Assembly (NCBI GenBank): GCA_001179505.1
Contig: CDMY01000376.1
Span: 310,001-374,000 of the forward strand
DNA length: 64,000 nucleotides
Direction: 5' to 3'
DNA from: Vitrella brassicaformis CCMP3155
Taxonomy: Eukaryota; Protista; Chromerida
Position numbers and translations under genes: made by a program. Of this stretch, positions 25,533 through 38,660 are shown piece by piece. Numbering within the stretch: the stretch's first letter is position 1; each line of letters starts with the position of its first letter. The notes below the pieces were generated by a model, which had not been told where the DNA came from, searched no databases, and was given only the letters and a program-made list of their open reading frames with translations.

Positions 25533-26733
25533 ATGCAGGCAGCAGCGCATGGGTTGCGGAACGCTCGCATCCCGCCGGCCAGCAGACCACCATGCGGCCC
25601 TCCCCAGGCAGCAGCAGTCTCGCGTGCCCTTTCGACTGTCGTGACGCGGCCATCTCTGCAGAGCCCCGCTCTCGACAGGCGCGGCACTCTCGACAAGGAC
25701 AGGTGGTGCCCTGTGAGTCTCGGCAATGGCGTCGGTTGTGTGCGTCACCGCAACGCGACCAAGGGCAACAATCTGCACCAGGTGCGTGGGTGGCGGTGGA
25801 TCATGCTGCAGAAGGCGAGGAAGCGGCCGGTGCATGTCGACTACCCTCCAAGAGACCGCTCCCCCGTTAAGAAGGTAGGTACTGTAAGTGACATCAATCA
25901 GGAGGCTGGCGCATTCATGTGGCTGTGTGCTGTGCTGTGCCGTCTCGCTGTGTGCTAAGTGCAGTTGGTTCCTGACGACAAGCAGACGAGGTACGGGATG
26001 AGTTACGACAAGATCTTCTTCGTCACCATGGGCTACTACGTCAAGTTCAACGCTCTCAAGCTCGAGCCGCGCGCACTGCGACTGTGGAAGCGGTACAAAC
26101 GCAAGACGCCCCCCATCTACGAGCGGCGGATGCGCTTCAACATCGTGCGGGACGCCCTCACGCGACACATCACACCGGCACTGTCCATCGCCACCGCCAA
26201 ATACCACCAGTGAGTGAGCACTAGTGAACATTGGTGCGCGGGAATGTGCTGCTGCGTTGGCTCTATCTGTGTGTGTGTGTGTGTGTGATAGTTTGCTTGA
26301 GAGTTTCACGATGGATGAGGTGCTCAAGATCGAGACCATGGCGGACGACATACGCAAGGCATTCGACGGTATGTAATGAAATGAAGAAAGAATGATCACA
26401 CCACACCACACCACAGCCACCCCACAGCCACCCACCTATGCGCACCGCACACACATCTCCCCTCCCTAGTACTATGTGTGGATCTGCGTGTGTGTATGTG
26501 TGTGTGCAGCTGAGGATGCTCGGCGAGCTGAGCAGGAGGCGTGTGACGCCAAGTCTGGCCACCACGACCTCGGCCTGAAGCTGTCCACCCTCAGCAATGC
26601 CTTCCCGCAGGCTGATGCTGCTCCTGACAGGCTGCTGGATGAAGCTGGTGGTAGTGGTGGTGGTGTGGGTCGTGTGTTTGTGCCGCCCGCTGTGCCGATG
26701 CAGCTCGTGAGGGGGGCAGGGGAGCAACGATAA
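25533..26733 (+). CDS. Hypothetical protein, possibly organelle (mitochondrion)-targeted
   Basis: Four exons splice in frame: MQAAAHGLRNARIPPASR...RALSTVV...QVRGWRWIMLQKARKRPVHVDYPPRDRSPVKK|LVPDDKQTRYGMSYDKIFFVTMGYYVKFNALKLEPRALRLWKRYKRK...|LLESFTMDEVLKIETMADDIRKAFD|AEDARRAEQE...*. The N-terminus is Arg/Ser/Ala-rich and lacks acidic residues. Confidence 0.65.
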
Positions 26734-27455
26734 ACGGGGGGTTGGCTACGTGCGGTGTTGCGAGCGTTATTTAGCGGTGTGTTCAGTGAACGTCGATCGT
26801 GTGCATTGTGGGAATCTGTTGGTCCTTGTCGTCCGTCTTGTGGCTGGTTTTGCGGCTGCTGTCGTCGCGAGCGTCCGCAGAGCCAGCCGCCGAGGGGGCG
26901 ATGAAGGGACCAGTAGGCCGACACACGGTGTGCTTGGCTTGTGTGCCGCTCTCGAGAGGGGGGGAGAGAGACACGGTGATAAAGCAGCCAAGAATGGTTG
27001 TCAGGGATAGTCAGCAGTCATCCAGGGAAGATTAGCTGTAGAGAGCTCCTCTGCCCAGGATGACTCGACACTGACTGCTCGACCGTTGGCTGAGTCATGT
27101 GTCATCCATCGCAGTGTGGACATAGATAGTTGACAAATGAATTCTAATGAAAGAGAGGTCCGTCCGTCCGTCAGCCAGGCAGCCACACTGGCAGCCCCAC
27201 ACATGCAGGCAGGTAAGGTGTGTCTGTACATGTCTGTCTGATCAGTCACGCAATTAAGTCTCAACGCTGCCCGGCCCGGCCCGCACGATACATACAAGGC
27301 ACGAATGCACCACCATGGCCGCCCACGTTGTGTGGTGTATTCCCTCACCGTAGGCAGCACCAGCACCACCATCCACCCCATTGATTCCATCTAGTTCGCG
27401 CCATACCATGCCTGTGTGTCTGTGTGTTGGTCTGTCTGTCCTGTCCCTCGTCACT

Positions 27456-30400
27456 TCACTCATCTTCCTCCTCAAGGTACTCGTTGGCGGCCTCATACGA
27501 CATGGTGAAATCCCCACCTATCACACGCCACGTCGACTGGGTCAGCAATCGACACACAACACAACACACACACAAAGAGACACACACGAGACAATGCCAC
27601 CTCTCTCTGGTGTGTTTATGCAATCAAATGCAGGAGAGTGAGTGCGGCCCCCACCCTGCCTACCCGCAGGTCTCCGCCCAGGTCGAGGAAGGTCGCACCC
27701 ACGAGGGCCTCATACACGTCTGCCAGCGACTTGGGATGGTTGTCGTCCAAACTCGCCCTGCAGTCAGTACACAGCCACCCACACGCAATGCACACATGAT
27801 ACACATGATACATGCGACAGACACATCAGAAACTGCCTGCCTGTGTGCCTGCCCGTCTGCCCGACCCTCGCTCACATCTTTCGTTGGAACTCATCTTCCT
27901 CCTCCCGGTTCCCACCCCCACCGCCCTCACCACCGCCTCCCTGTGTCCGCTCCAAGTCGAATTGTCGCTGCTCGTCTTTGGTCACTGGCCGCAGGAAGTC
28001 CCTCTCACCCCTGGCCGCAGACGGGCGGTAGATGCTGCGCTCGAACTCGGACAGATGCTCACGCACCTGGGCGTTGTTGACGATCAGCAGATCCAACACC
28101 GAAGACTGCTGGCCGAGTGCCACTGCCTTGGCACAGAGGCGCCTGCAGAGGTATCGGTTGCGGACAAGCTCGGAACGGACGCGTGTGAGGGGCCCCTCCT
28201 TGACGCGGTCGAATAGCAGGTACAGCCAGTGGGTGACAGTCGCCTGCAGCACCCCGTCGCCGAGGAACTCCAGACGCTCCAATGAACCATACACCTGAAC
28301 GAATGAATGAATCGGCCAACACACGCAACACACGCACACACATCGCTCACTCACTCGCTCCACGTGTTTGTCCGTCGGGCTATCTGTGTATGTGTGTAAG
28401 GTGTTGTCTCACCGTAGGGTCCATGCTGTCCCTGCCCGCCGACACATCCTCCCCCCGCACCGTCACAGCCTGCTTGAGCAGCCCCCTGTTGCGGAAACGG
28501 TACCCCCACGCCGCCTCCACACGGTCCAGCACCTTCTCCTCCCTCTCGCTCCTCGCCCCCTCACCGCCCAGGTCGCCACGCGATGGGTCCCAGTGAGGGA
28601 GAGAGAGCGGCTCGCTGGGCACACGCACCGGCGCATCCGCCCCAGGTCGCTCCAGGCTCCACGAGTCGGTCTGTGTGGTCATGTCTGCGGGAAAGAGCGA
28701 TGGCCGCGCCACGTAGGTGAGGAAGTTGGTCTGCAGGATGGAATCGGCCACGGCAGCCGCGGCTGCAATCGCGGCGGGGGAGCCGACAGACCGCACGTCG
28801 TGGGAGGCCGTGACGTCGCTCGATGGGTGGTTATGGTGGTCGACGCCGTTCATGAGGAGGGGGGTGTTGGTGTTGTTGTGGTTGTGTGGGTCGATGGGGG
28901 TGGTGGTGTCTTGGTGTAGGTTAGAGAGGTAGAATGCGCCGATGAGCGCTTCCATGATGTCCGCCTGGGTCTTGAAGGCGACGGGGCCCCAGCGGAGGTC
29001 GGTCAGCCGGGTGTTCTTGGCCACAAAGGTGCGGGTGTGCAGGGCGGAGTGGAGACGGGTCCGGCGGACATGCTTCCTGGTGGACAGACACATCAGAGAG
29101 AGACCACATGCACACGGAACTCTGTGTGTGTGTGTGGGTGGGTGGAGTGTTCTGACTTGAGCAGTGCGTTTCGTTGGAGTGCCATGGCGTAGAAGGACAT
29201 GATCTCCTCGGACTCGCCAGGCAAAATCTCCCACGCGTAGTTGACACTGACACCATACAACACATTAAAGAGCACAGAATGGCGGGACATCCAGCCATCG
29301 GGCATCCATCGTGCCTACGCGAGGAACTTCAGAATGGCGTCGCCGAGGAACTCCAACCGCTGCAACAAGGAAGCAGTCACATCCCGCATCCCACCATGTG
29401 CCATGTGTGTGGCCGCCTCGTGTGCAGTTAGTTGTCTAGTCACACACTCACCTGGTAGTTGAATGGTTCGTCCTCCCGCCCCTCCTCGGGCGCGTAGATG
29501 GTCTCCATGGCCGACGGGGCCGTCAGCGCCTCAACCACACTCGACGCATCCAGCAGAGGAAACGACAAGTCACTCACACGACCGCTCCACCGCACGCTCA
29601 GCCGGCTCCCCTCGTCCCACACGGACGCCTCCTCCACCCCACGGATCGCTGCATGAGCACCGCTGCTGCTGCTGCTGGTGTTGCTGGTGTTGGCCTCTTC
29701 TGTGTTGTCAGGTGTGGGCTTCGGTGGCCTTGGTGGCATGCCGAGCCGCTCGTGTGTCTCGGGGTACATGGGGTTCTTGAAGTTGAGGGAGGGGAAGAGG
29801 CGGAGGGCGTCGATGCGGATGCGCGATGCGAGTACGAGGGCCTCCTTGACGTCGAGGGCCTTGCCGCAGGTCTCTGTCTTGAAGATGGTGGCTGGGGTCC
29901 ACGTCAGCTGCTCGTACATGGAGGCCGTCAGCGGGTAGAAGAGCGAATTGTCGGGCCGCTGGTACCTGACATGACATGGAAGGGATGGTCAGGTCAGCTG
30001 CACCCGCAGCGCAAGGGTGGATGGGATGGACGTGTGCCCGATCTGATCTACCAACCGGTCGTATGAGCGTGGCGGTCGAGGGGGGAGCCGATCCAGAACC
30101 CTCTTCGGACCCTGCAAAAAGCGTGACGTGACACAGGGCAGGTTAGTTGCATGACATCCGCGCCACCTCCCTCACAGACAGGACGGACGGACCTGTCTGA
30201 TGTTCTCCACTTCGAGCATGAAGCGGCCGTCGGCCCCGTCACCCGCGTCAGCGGCGGGCGACAGATCCTCCTCCTGCACATCCCCCGGCCCCATCCCCCA
30301 TCTGACGTCCTTGACGCGGGAAAACTGCCATCTCTTATCCTTCATCTGCGCAACGGGGTCCTCACGTCCACGGCGCATCAGGTGCAGCAGCGCCAGACCG

Positions 30401-33400
30401 GCGCGACGCCGCGTCTGGCGCTCTCTCTCACTCTCGGGGTCGGTTGGCGGTGATGGTGATGGTGCTGATGCCGCTGCTGATACTGCTGGGCTGGTCTCTG
30501 ATGCTGCGTCTTGCTCGTCTTGCTGCTGCAGTCGCTGCTCGAAGGCCGTGAGCAGGTCCATGAGTGCGTGTTGGTCGGATGTCCGCTGCCACTGCTTAAA
30601 GATTTCGGAGTAGGCCTCAAACATGGCCGCGTAGGTGGGGTTCTCGCGACTGAACAGACAAGCACCACACAACACACATAGAATCACCCGCTCCAAGTTC
30701 ATTCTTCTGGTTGATGATAGTGATAGTGCTGACGGTTGAGAGAGCTGCAGGGCACCCTCGGTCCACTGCATGTCGGGGAGCTCGCCCGAGTGGTCGAGTG
30801 GCGCGAGGTAGAAGAAGGGCTGGCAGGACCTGACGGGGTCAGAGTCGGCTTCGTCGAGGCGCTGGAAGGGGGGCATCTTCTTGGCCACCTGGTCCACGCT
30901 GAAGTTGTGGATCTTCAGCTCCCGCAGGTAACGGGCCTTGAAACTCTGACATTCGGGAGGGAGGAGACAGAGATGCGTGTGGTGGGGTCCCCGGTGGGGC
31001 ATCATACTGGAACATACCCCCAGTGTGTGCATCTCTTGCACAGAAAACGGCCGGCCCTCACCAACGGGACGCACCTCCACAACCACCTGACACACACACA
31101 CACACACACACACATACAGGCACACAGACACACAGACGGGCGGACAGAAGGGGGTCTGTGAGAGAGCCCACTCACTGCTGTGCACCCACCTTTTGTCCGT
31201 CGTATGGGTGGAATGCGTCGAAGGTGATGCTCTCCTGCAGCCGACGCGGCAACAGGATGCCCAATGGCTGCAGCACCTGTCACTCACGTCATGCACAGAG
31301 AACCCACCATGACATCTGTCACCCTCTGTGTCTCCCTCCCTCCCTCCCTCCCTGCCTACCTGTTGTCCTGCTTTGGTTGTTCCCCTCCATCTGCCCATGT
31401 GTCCGCCCGCCAGGAACTCCATAGCGCTCGCACTCACCGGCCGATACCACACCTGGTGCACGAACAACACGACGCTCCGGCAGACGCCATTGGCCATCTG
31501 CAGGCCATCACTGCCGGCCGCCGGGACGAAGGCGACGTTGTTGTAGGAGAAGGCGCCCAGCGTGTCGCGAGGGCGGACCTCGGGGGACTCGACCAGCTCA
31601 AAACTGCACACGTGCCATATACACAGATGGATGGATGGATGGATGGGCAGCTGGGTTCGCTTCGTCACCTACCTTCGGCGGATGGGCGGCATGTCAGGCG
31701 AGAGTGCGTCGACGGCGATAGGCTGCCACTCTTTGCGCATGTCCCTCGGCAGCTGCCTCTTGAGGAACTTTCTTTGGTCCTCTGTGGGCGGCATCAGGCA
31801 CAGGGGCAGCTCGCGCCACAGCAGCTCGACGGCGTCGCCATCCTTGTAGTCGTCCCACCGGGAGGCCTTCTCCGGACGCTTCGCCTTGGGCGGGCGGTGC
31901 ACCTTCAGATACTCGTCCAAGGCACCCAGCTGCACACACAAGGACATGAACAGTCAGCTGGAAGGGCCTGTGTGTCTGTCTGTCTGTATTTCTGTCTGTC
32001 TGCTGGCTGCCGTGCCGACCGACGTCCAAGATCTTTTTGATGAAGTGGACGCATCCCACTTTGCGCGCGTCATCGGTCTTGGGCGAGTCGACCTCGGCGG
32101 AGAACTCGAGTGCCGGTGTCTGCTTCCACCCGAACACCGGCGCGCCCCCGCCCGTCTGGAGCCGCGTGCGGAACCTGAAGGCAGGGATCCTCACCACCAC
32201 CTTCCCCTGCACCGCACGCACCCAACACATACACACACATGTCTGTCATGCTGACTGACACCCACCCCACCCACGATCCATTCACAATCCCTCCCTCTCC
32301 TCTGCACGCGCCTGTTCTCTCTTGACGTCGATAAATTGATCCAGGCTGAACTGGGGGTAGCACTCCAGGCCCCTGTCACGGTCATGCCGCACCAGTGCGG
32401 CCCTTGTGGCCTGCTTCTGGGCGTCGAACAGCCCCAGGTGCTGCGCCAGTGCGTGCCAGAGGTCCTGTGACCGGGCGGTTGTGAGAAAGGTGTGGGAATG
32501 CTCCGTGGGGATCTTGATGTTCGGCGTGAAGGTGTCGTCGTAGTACTCCAGCCGAAGACGCGACTGGCGACCCAGGATCCTGCGGTCAGTGTCCTTGGCC
32601 ACCTGATGGATGGATGGATGGAAATGTGTACGGCTGTGTGGATGTTGGGTGTGGATGTTGGGTCGGTGTAGGGGGTGAGATACTTGCTTGTGCGAGGAAG
32701 TCGACGAAGAGTTTTGTCCTCGCGAGCAGATTCTCGTGGCCCGTGTCACCCTGGGCACCCACCCGTACGCACATCAAAAAACAAGAGGCAAGCATGTTTG
32801 GCGGCTGTGTACTGACTGGTACACAGCACCAACCTTGAGTACGATGTGTATGCAGAGAGCAGGTGTGCGCCGGGCGCGTCCACGGCCCTGAATGTCCTCC
32901 TGATAGGTAGGTAGGCGACACACACAGCGCATACACCGTGACTGACGTAGCTCCTTCACACGGACGGCGAGTGCATGTTTCCCTTCCTTTGTGTCAGTCA
33001 TGTTTGTTACCACGGGCGTCTTGAAGGGGTCGAAACGGATCACCAGATTGCACTGAGAGGGAGGGGAGGGGAGCGGAGGGGAACCATCTTCTTGCTCTCT
33101 ATTTTCCCACCTGTGGCACATCCATGCCCTCCTCCAACACCTTGGTGCACACCTGCACACAGCCAGACGCACACACACACATACACACACACACGTGTGA
33201 GTACACAGACAGACAGTGTTTGTATCCGTGGCTGGCTGGCTCTGCTGTGAGTGCTTGGCTTGCAAACCATGGTGTCGATGGCCTTGGGATCTGAGGGGTC
33301 CTTACGGAACCGATCGAGCGTCATCCGCTGCCGGTGGGCTGATCGTTACACACAATACACACACATGTGTCACATGTGCACAGAGAGAGGTGAGGTGTTT

Positions 33401-36400
33401 GCAGATCAGATTGGTGTGGTGTGGTGCATGTTTGTGTGCCATCCATCCATCCATCCGAAAGAAGACCCAACCACACAACCCACTTACCCACTTACCCTTC
33501 ATGATGACGGAGGTGTCCTTGCTGTTCTCGTTGACGCCCATGATCCACCCCAGCTTCCCGATGCCCCGCCGCTTGAGGTACTTGTACACCACACGAGTCG
33601 TCAGCCTCGTCTCGCAGAAGACCAGCGTCTTGCACCCCGGTGCGCCGTCCCCTCCCTCCGCCCACAGGTCGCAGAAGATGCTTCGATGGTGCCTCACTAG
33701 TTTCTCGAGCAGCAACAGCTTCACACCCACAAACAGACGCAGCGGCTCGTCGACCGTCTCGAAAACCGACGACTCAGTCGAGAAACCGTTTGGCTGGGAG
33801 GGGGAGGGGGTAGGGGCGGATCTGTGGCGGGGTGGCGGCGGGGTCATGTCCATCAGATAGTTGTCGATGAAGGCCTCGGGGTCGCCCGGCTGGACGCTGT
33901 CGGCCGACAGCAGGTCAGCGAGGGATGGGGGCCGCTCCCCCTCATAGCACACGGGGCACCTGGGGTCATTGAGGTCGTTGTGGACGGTGCATCTGGCGCA
34001 CGCCCACTTGTTGTCTTCGGTCAGCAGTGAGGGCGAGTGACGGACGCGGGCGAAGCGCTGTGTCCTGGGTGCGAGGGCCTCGTAGCGGGGGTCCAGCCGC
34101 TCGTCGAGGCGTCTGGCGGTGCGAATGGCTTGGTCAAGCTGGTCGTGGCAGCCGATCCACATGAAACGGTCCCTAAAGTGTGATGGGTGTAGGGAGGCCC
34201 TAAGGCACATTGGGTGTGTGTGCACTAATGTGACGAATCTATATGCTTACAGGCGTGCCTTCATGAGGCTCTTGATGTACAGCCACACGATGGACCGACG
34301 CTCTGACAACACAACCACAGCCACCAAACGAGCCACTCAATGCAATCAATGTCCTCGCACTCCCATTAGTCAGTCAGTCGGTCACTCACTTGAGAATCGT
34401 TCAGGTGGCTTGGTGCGGTATGGCGAGTCGTCCGTGTCGTCCTCATCCAGCTCAAGCGTCACCTCATCTTCCTCACTCACGCGGGGCGTCACGAAACGGC
34501 GGCACGACTCACAGAAACCCCACACCTACGACACAGCCCCCGAGCCGTCCATCCATCTCGTTCTGCCTGTGTCTGTGTCATTGACTCACCCCGAGATTGT
34601 CGAGCATTTTCAGCAGTGTCTTTTGGATGCGCCCTAGCTGATCCGGCAGCCGCAGCACCAGATCGTTGAGGGTCGGATCCCTGCTCGCAATGATGTCCAT
34701 GAGCTCCTCCCGCAACTCCCACTCGCAGTCCCGTACACGCGCAGCGTGCCACCCAGCGCTCCTCTCGCCACCATCTGGTGTGCCGTGCCCCACTCCCTCC
34801 CCCTCTCCCTCCTCATCCGACTCGTCCACGAGTCCGTCGCTCTCACGCAGCATCTGGAGGTAGCGCCGGCGTCGCTCACGCTGCTGTTCCTTGAAGTGGG
34901 CGAATGTGCGCTGGCGCCGACGTGCCTGTGGGAGGGGAAGTGCAGCGGCGAGTGCGGGTGAGGGGCGGTAGGCTGAGTTGGCGTCTGGCTTCTCGAGCAG
35001 TTTGATGATGGGTGCGAAGAGTTCTTTGGTGACGTCGACTTGGAGCTCCTTCAGGTCCACACTGTTGGTGTAGTACGCACGCACAGTCTTGCACCGCTGA
35101 CAAACAATAGGGGAGGGGATAGCCATACACAATGACACCGACAATGACAATGAGTGTGGTGTGGTGTGGTGGTCGAGTCGATGGCCGACTGACTGACGGT
35201 GAGGAATTGGTCGATTTGTTCTTCTGGCGGACTGGCCAGCCTAGCATCGTAGATTTGCTCGGTGTCGAGAAGCGCCTCTTTGACGCTCTGCTCAAACGCC
35301 ACGTCGTTCAACATCCGACCTGAAGCAGACGAAACGCACAGGCATCCTATCCCCTCCATGTGTATATGTATGTATGAAGGTGGCACACACACACAGCACG
35401 CCTCCCCTACCCTTCTTGTCGGTGACTCCTTGCTTGATGGGCGATGCGGTCAGGCCGAGGACGCGGGGGAGACGCTTGGCCTGCAGCGATTTCCGCCCCT
35501 GCACGCACCAAGGGCGGGGAGAAGGTCATTCATTCCATGTGCTCTTTGGTTTCTGTGTCCAGAGGTGTCCCCACCTACCTACCCCTTGTTTGCGGAAGTA
35601 GTGTTGTTCCATGATGATGCGATAGGCATCGTTGCCCGAGTGATGGTGGCTCTCGTCGAACACCTGCACAGCACACATCACAACAACCAGCACGACCAAC
35701 ACAACCACAGACAAGGGGTTCACCGATATACAGCTGGTGCGTGCGAGCCAGATCAAACCGTGTTTTGTTTGCTCTACCTACCATCAGGCACACGCGGCTG
35801 AGAGGGATGATGCCTTGGAGGAGCTTCTGCAGCAGCGCCTCTGGCGTCATCACAAATACCCGGTCGAGCGACTCGTCATCGCCCGCATCTGCATCAACCC
35901 CCTCCTCCTCCGCATCGTCATACGCCTCCAGCTGCGCCAACCTGCTCACGGCATCACCACTGTCACCGCCGCTCACACCCTCTGCCACTGCGGGTGCTGG
36001 TGCGGGTAAACCATCCTGCTGTGCGGCCGCCTCTGCGTGTTTGGTGAGCTTGTTGAAGAGCTTGTTCCAGCTCTCCACCTCACTCCAGTCGTGGGAGGTC
36101 TCCTTGCGATACGCCTGGGCGGCGGCCTCCTCAAACGCGTCGTCCTCATCCTCACCCGCACCGCCACCACTCCTGTCTGCCAATGTGTCGACCTCATCCT
36201 GCGTGTCACGCTCCCGCCGCCGTCGGCTCGGCGCGGCCTCGCCCTGCCTCTCAGCCGACCCTCTCGGGCTCTGCCCGCTCACGACGGTGACCGAGTAGCG
36301 GCCCTGGAGGTAGTCGTCGATGACGTTGCGCTGCTGGTTGGCGAGCAGGACCTTGTTTGCGAGAAAGATGACGATCTGGTCCTTGTGCTGGGGCTGCTCG

Positions 36401-36579
36401 AGGTACCACTCGATGGTCATGCAGGCGATGTGCGTCTTGCCGCTGTTGGTGGGCATGAACACCACCATGTTGCACCGTTTGGCCCTCTCGAAGAGGTCCA
36501 GCTGGTAGGGCCGGGCGTGGTGCACTCGGCGCTGGGCGGCAGACGGTGGTGGCGGTGGCGGGGCGGATAGTGCCGACAT
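27456..36579 (-). CDS. DCL: Dicer-like protein: DExH helicase (with inserted RanBP2-type zinc finger) + long divergent middle + two RNase III domains
   Basis: Helicase motifs: ARPYQLDLF, VVFMPTNSGKT, VFVMTPE, VFDESHH, PRVLGLTASP, TLVFCETRLTT, VIRFDP and QGRGRAR. RNase IIIa: EALTAPSA...FNYQ|RLEFLGDAILKF and TQADIMEALIGAFYL. RNase IIIb: ERLEFLGDGVLQ and PKSLADVYEALVGATFLD. The last exon ends STWRVIGGDFTMSYEAANEYLEEEDE*. Confidence 0.93.
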
Positions 36580-37074
36580 GATGGCGATGGGATACGTGAG
36601 CGGCGATGGATGGATGTCCAAAATCCTTCACACAACTCACTGGGCGGACAAGGCAAACATCAAAGCATCAAAAAACACGAAGATGAGAGTCATTCATTTG
36701 CTGCTGTGCCGTGCTTGGTGACGTGACGCCACCTTGCATCTCTGATGATCCGTCATCGACTAACCTTGAGATGGACCTGATCTCGGACCTGATCTATGGA
36801 AAATGCAGCGTATTCCTTCAGAAAAGGCTTTATTCGAAAAGCCTGGTTTGGTTCGGACTTACAATGCAACGCAGGATCATCCTCCGAGAGATTGGTTTCA
36901 CGCAATGTCCTAAGAGCTTGCGAGCTACATGGGGGCGTCTCCATTTCCCAGTCTTTCTCTGGTCTCGAGTTCAAGCGACCCGTTGAAGATATGTTGAACT
37001 CGGAATTGCTGTCGGCTGGCGCGTCGGTGTTCGCGTCGTATCCGCTCCGCGGACAGTGTGTCGCGCCCTCAATC

Positions 37075-38660
37075 ATGTGTCTCCGCAAGTCGGAGTCGGA
37101 GTACGGCGACTATGACCCGTCCTGCCTGATGTCCCCTCCCCTGCCTGCCTCCCCTGCCCCGGTCATACCATCTGCCGAGCGTCACTGCCTGTCGCCTTAT
37201 CAGTACCTCAAGGGACCCGCGCCTTTCGAGCTGGGCAAGACCTACGAGCCCCTGGACGAGGAGTATGTGATTCAGCTGCAGCAGCTGGAGGCGGCGCGAC
37301 AGGCTCGGACAGCGGCAGCCCGCCCCAGCGGCATTTGCAGTGGTACGACGGCTACGGGCGGGAAGGAGGAGGAGAAGGAAGAGGACCTGATGCCGCTCCT
37401 GACGCCAAGCTCAGAGGGTAGCGTGTCGCCCCGTGAGGTTCAGGGAGGGAAGGGACAGGGGACATGCAAGGAGGGCGTGGAGAAGATGACGGTGGGATCG
37501 TGCGGGAAGGAGGCCAAGTCAGGTGGGTCAGGAATCAATCTCACGGGGGAAAGCTAAGGCCGTCTCCATCATTTGCAGTGTGCCTGTGCCGTGTCTCCCC
37601 TTCAGTTGAGAGCCGTGTGCGCTCGTATGACCGTTGTGAGTCCACCACCAAGTCGCTCGAGTGTTCCCCATTCCACACACCTGTCGCCAGCATGAAAGTC
37701 AACTCCTGCCCTGCCACCATGGGGACCAAGGGCGCCACAGGTGAACAATCTTGCCCATGAAGACTAAGGCAACCCTTCCCCCGATCCTCTGCACTGACTG
37801 CATGTGTCTCTCCGTCCCTCAGCTTACCAGCCCACTGACACGTCCAAGCAAGGGGCCAAGAGCAAAACACACAAACAGTCTGAGTACGAAATCAGCGAGG
37901 AGTTCTACGTGCTGCCGCCATCGGTCAAGAGCAAGACGCTCCCCAATGAGGTGTCATGGGCCGTCTCCACCAGCCCCGACAAGCGCAAGCAGGCCCAGAA
38001 GCAGGCGCAGACCTACAACCGAGATGAGCTTGAGGCCATCAGGTTCCCGGCCGTGGGCAGTGGTGAGGGATATCGCCGTGTGGGATATGGCGTCACGAGC
38101 GGCACCAAGCCCCAGGTGCCAGCCGCTGGCAAGAAGGGTCCGATGTCGTCGTATGGATCGGGTGACAAGAAGAAGACAAGCAACGTGCAGAAGGCCAAGA
38201 CTCCTGCCAAAGAGGTGAGCCCACATTTCCATGCTCGCCGACCGGCCTGACACGGCGCCACCTCTCTGATTCACCTTCCCTGCTTTATCGTCCTCAGGTC
38301 GGCGGCAAGAGGCCCAATGGCCAACATGTGCACACGAAAGCTAAACCCCTCAATGCCAAGCCCATCATGCGCAGAGGTAGACACACACACATGCCCACAG
38401 ACACACGTGCAGGAATGCTGGACATGCCTCGTTCCCGTGTCTGTGTGCTGTGTATTGGGCACCTGCAGTTGGTGTGGTCAATGGCGTGGCGCCGGGCCGT
38501 CTGCCGGTCAGACACGACCCCGTGAACATGGGAGCCAACTACCGGGAGGCCTGGAAGAATATGAGGTAGGAGAAGAAGCAAGCACGCAGCCGCGCCAATC
38601 CCTGCCCTATTTGTGTTGTGTGTGTGTGTGTGTGTGCAGAATCCCCGGGCAGAAGAAATG
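37075..38660 (+). CDS. Hypothetical low-complexity protein (multi-exon; ends uncertain)
   Basis: Long coding-biased ORF pieces 36796-37557 and 37804-38250 joined by GT-AG microsatellite introns. No recognisable domain. Confidence 0.45.

Noticed and set aside
36430-36460. Dicer Walker A reads TNSGKT rather than TGSGKT (possible dead helicase)
   Set aside because: The catalytic GKT, DExH, motif III and motif VI are intact. One substitution at a variable position is not evidence of inactivity.
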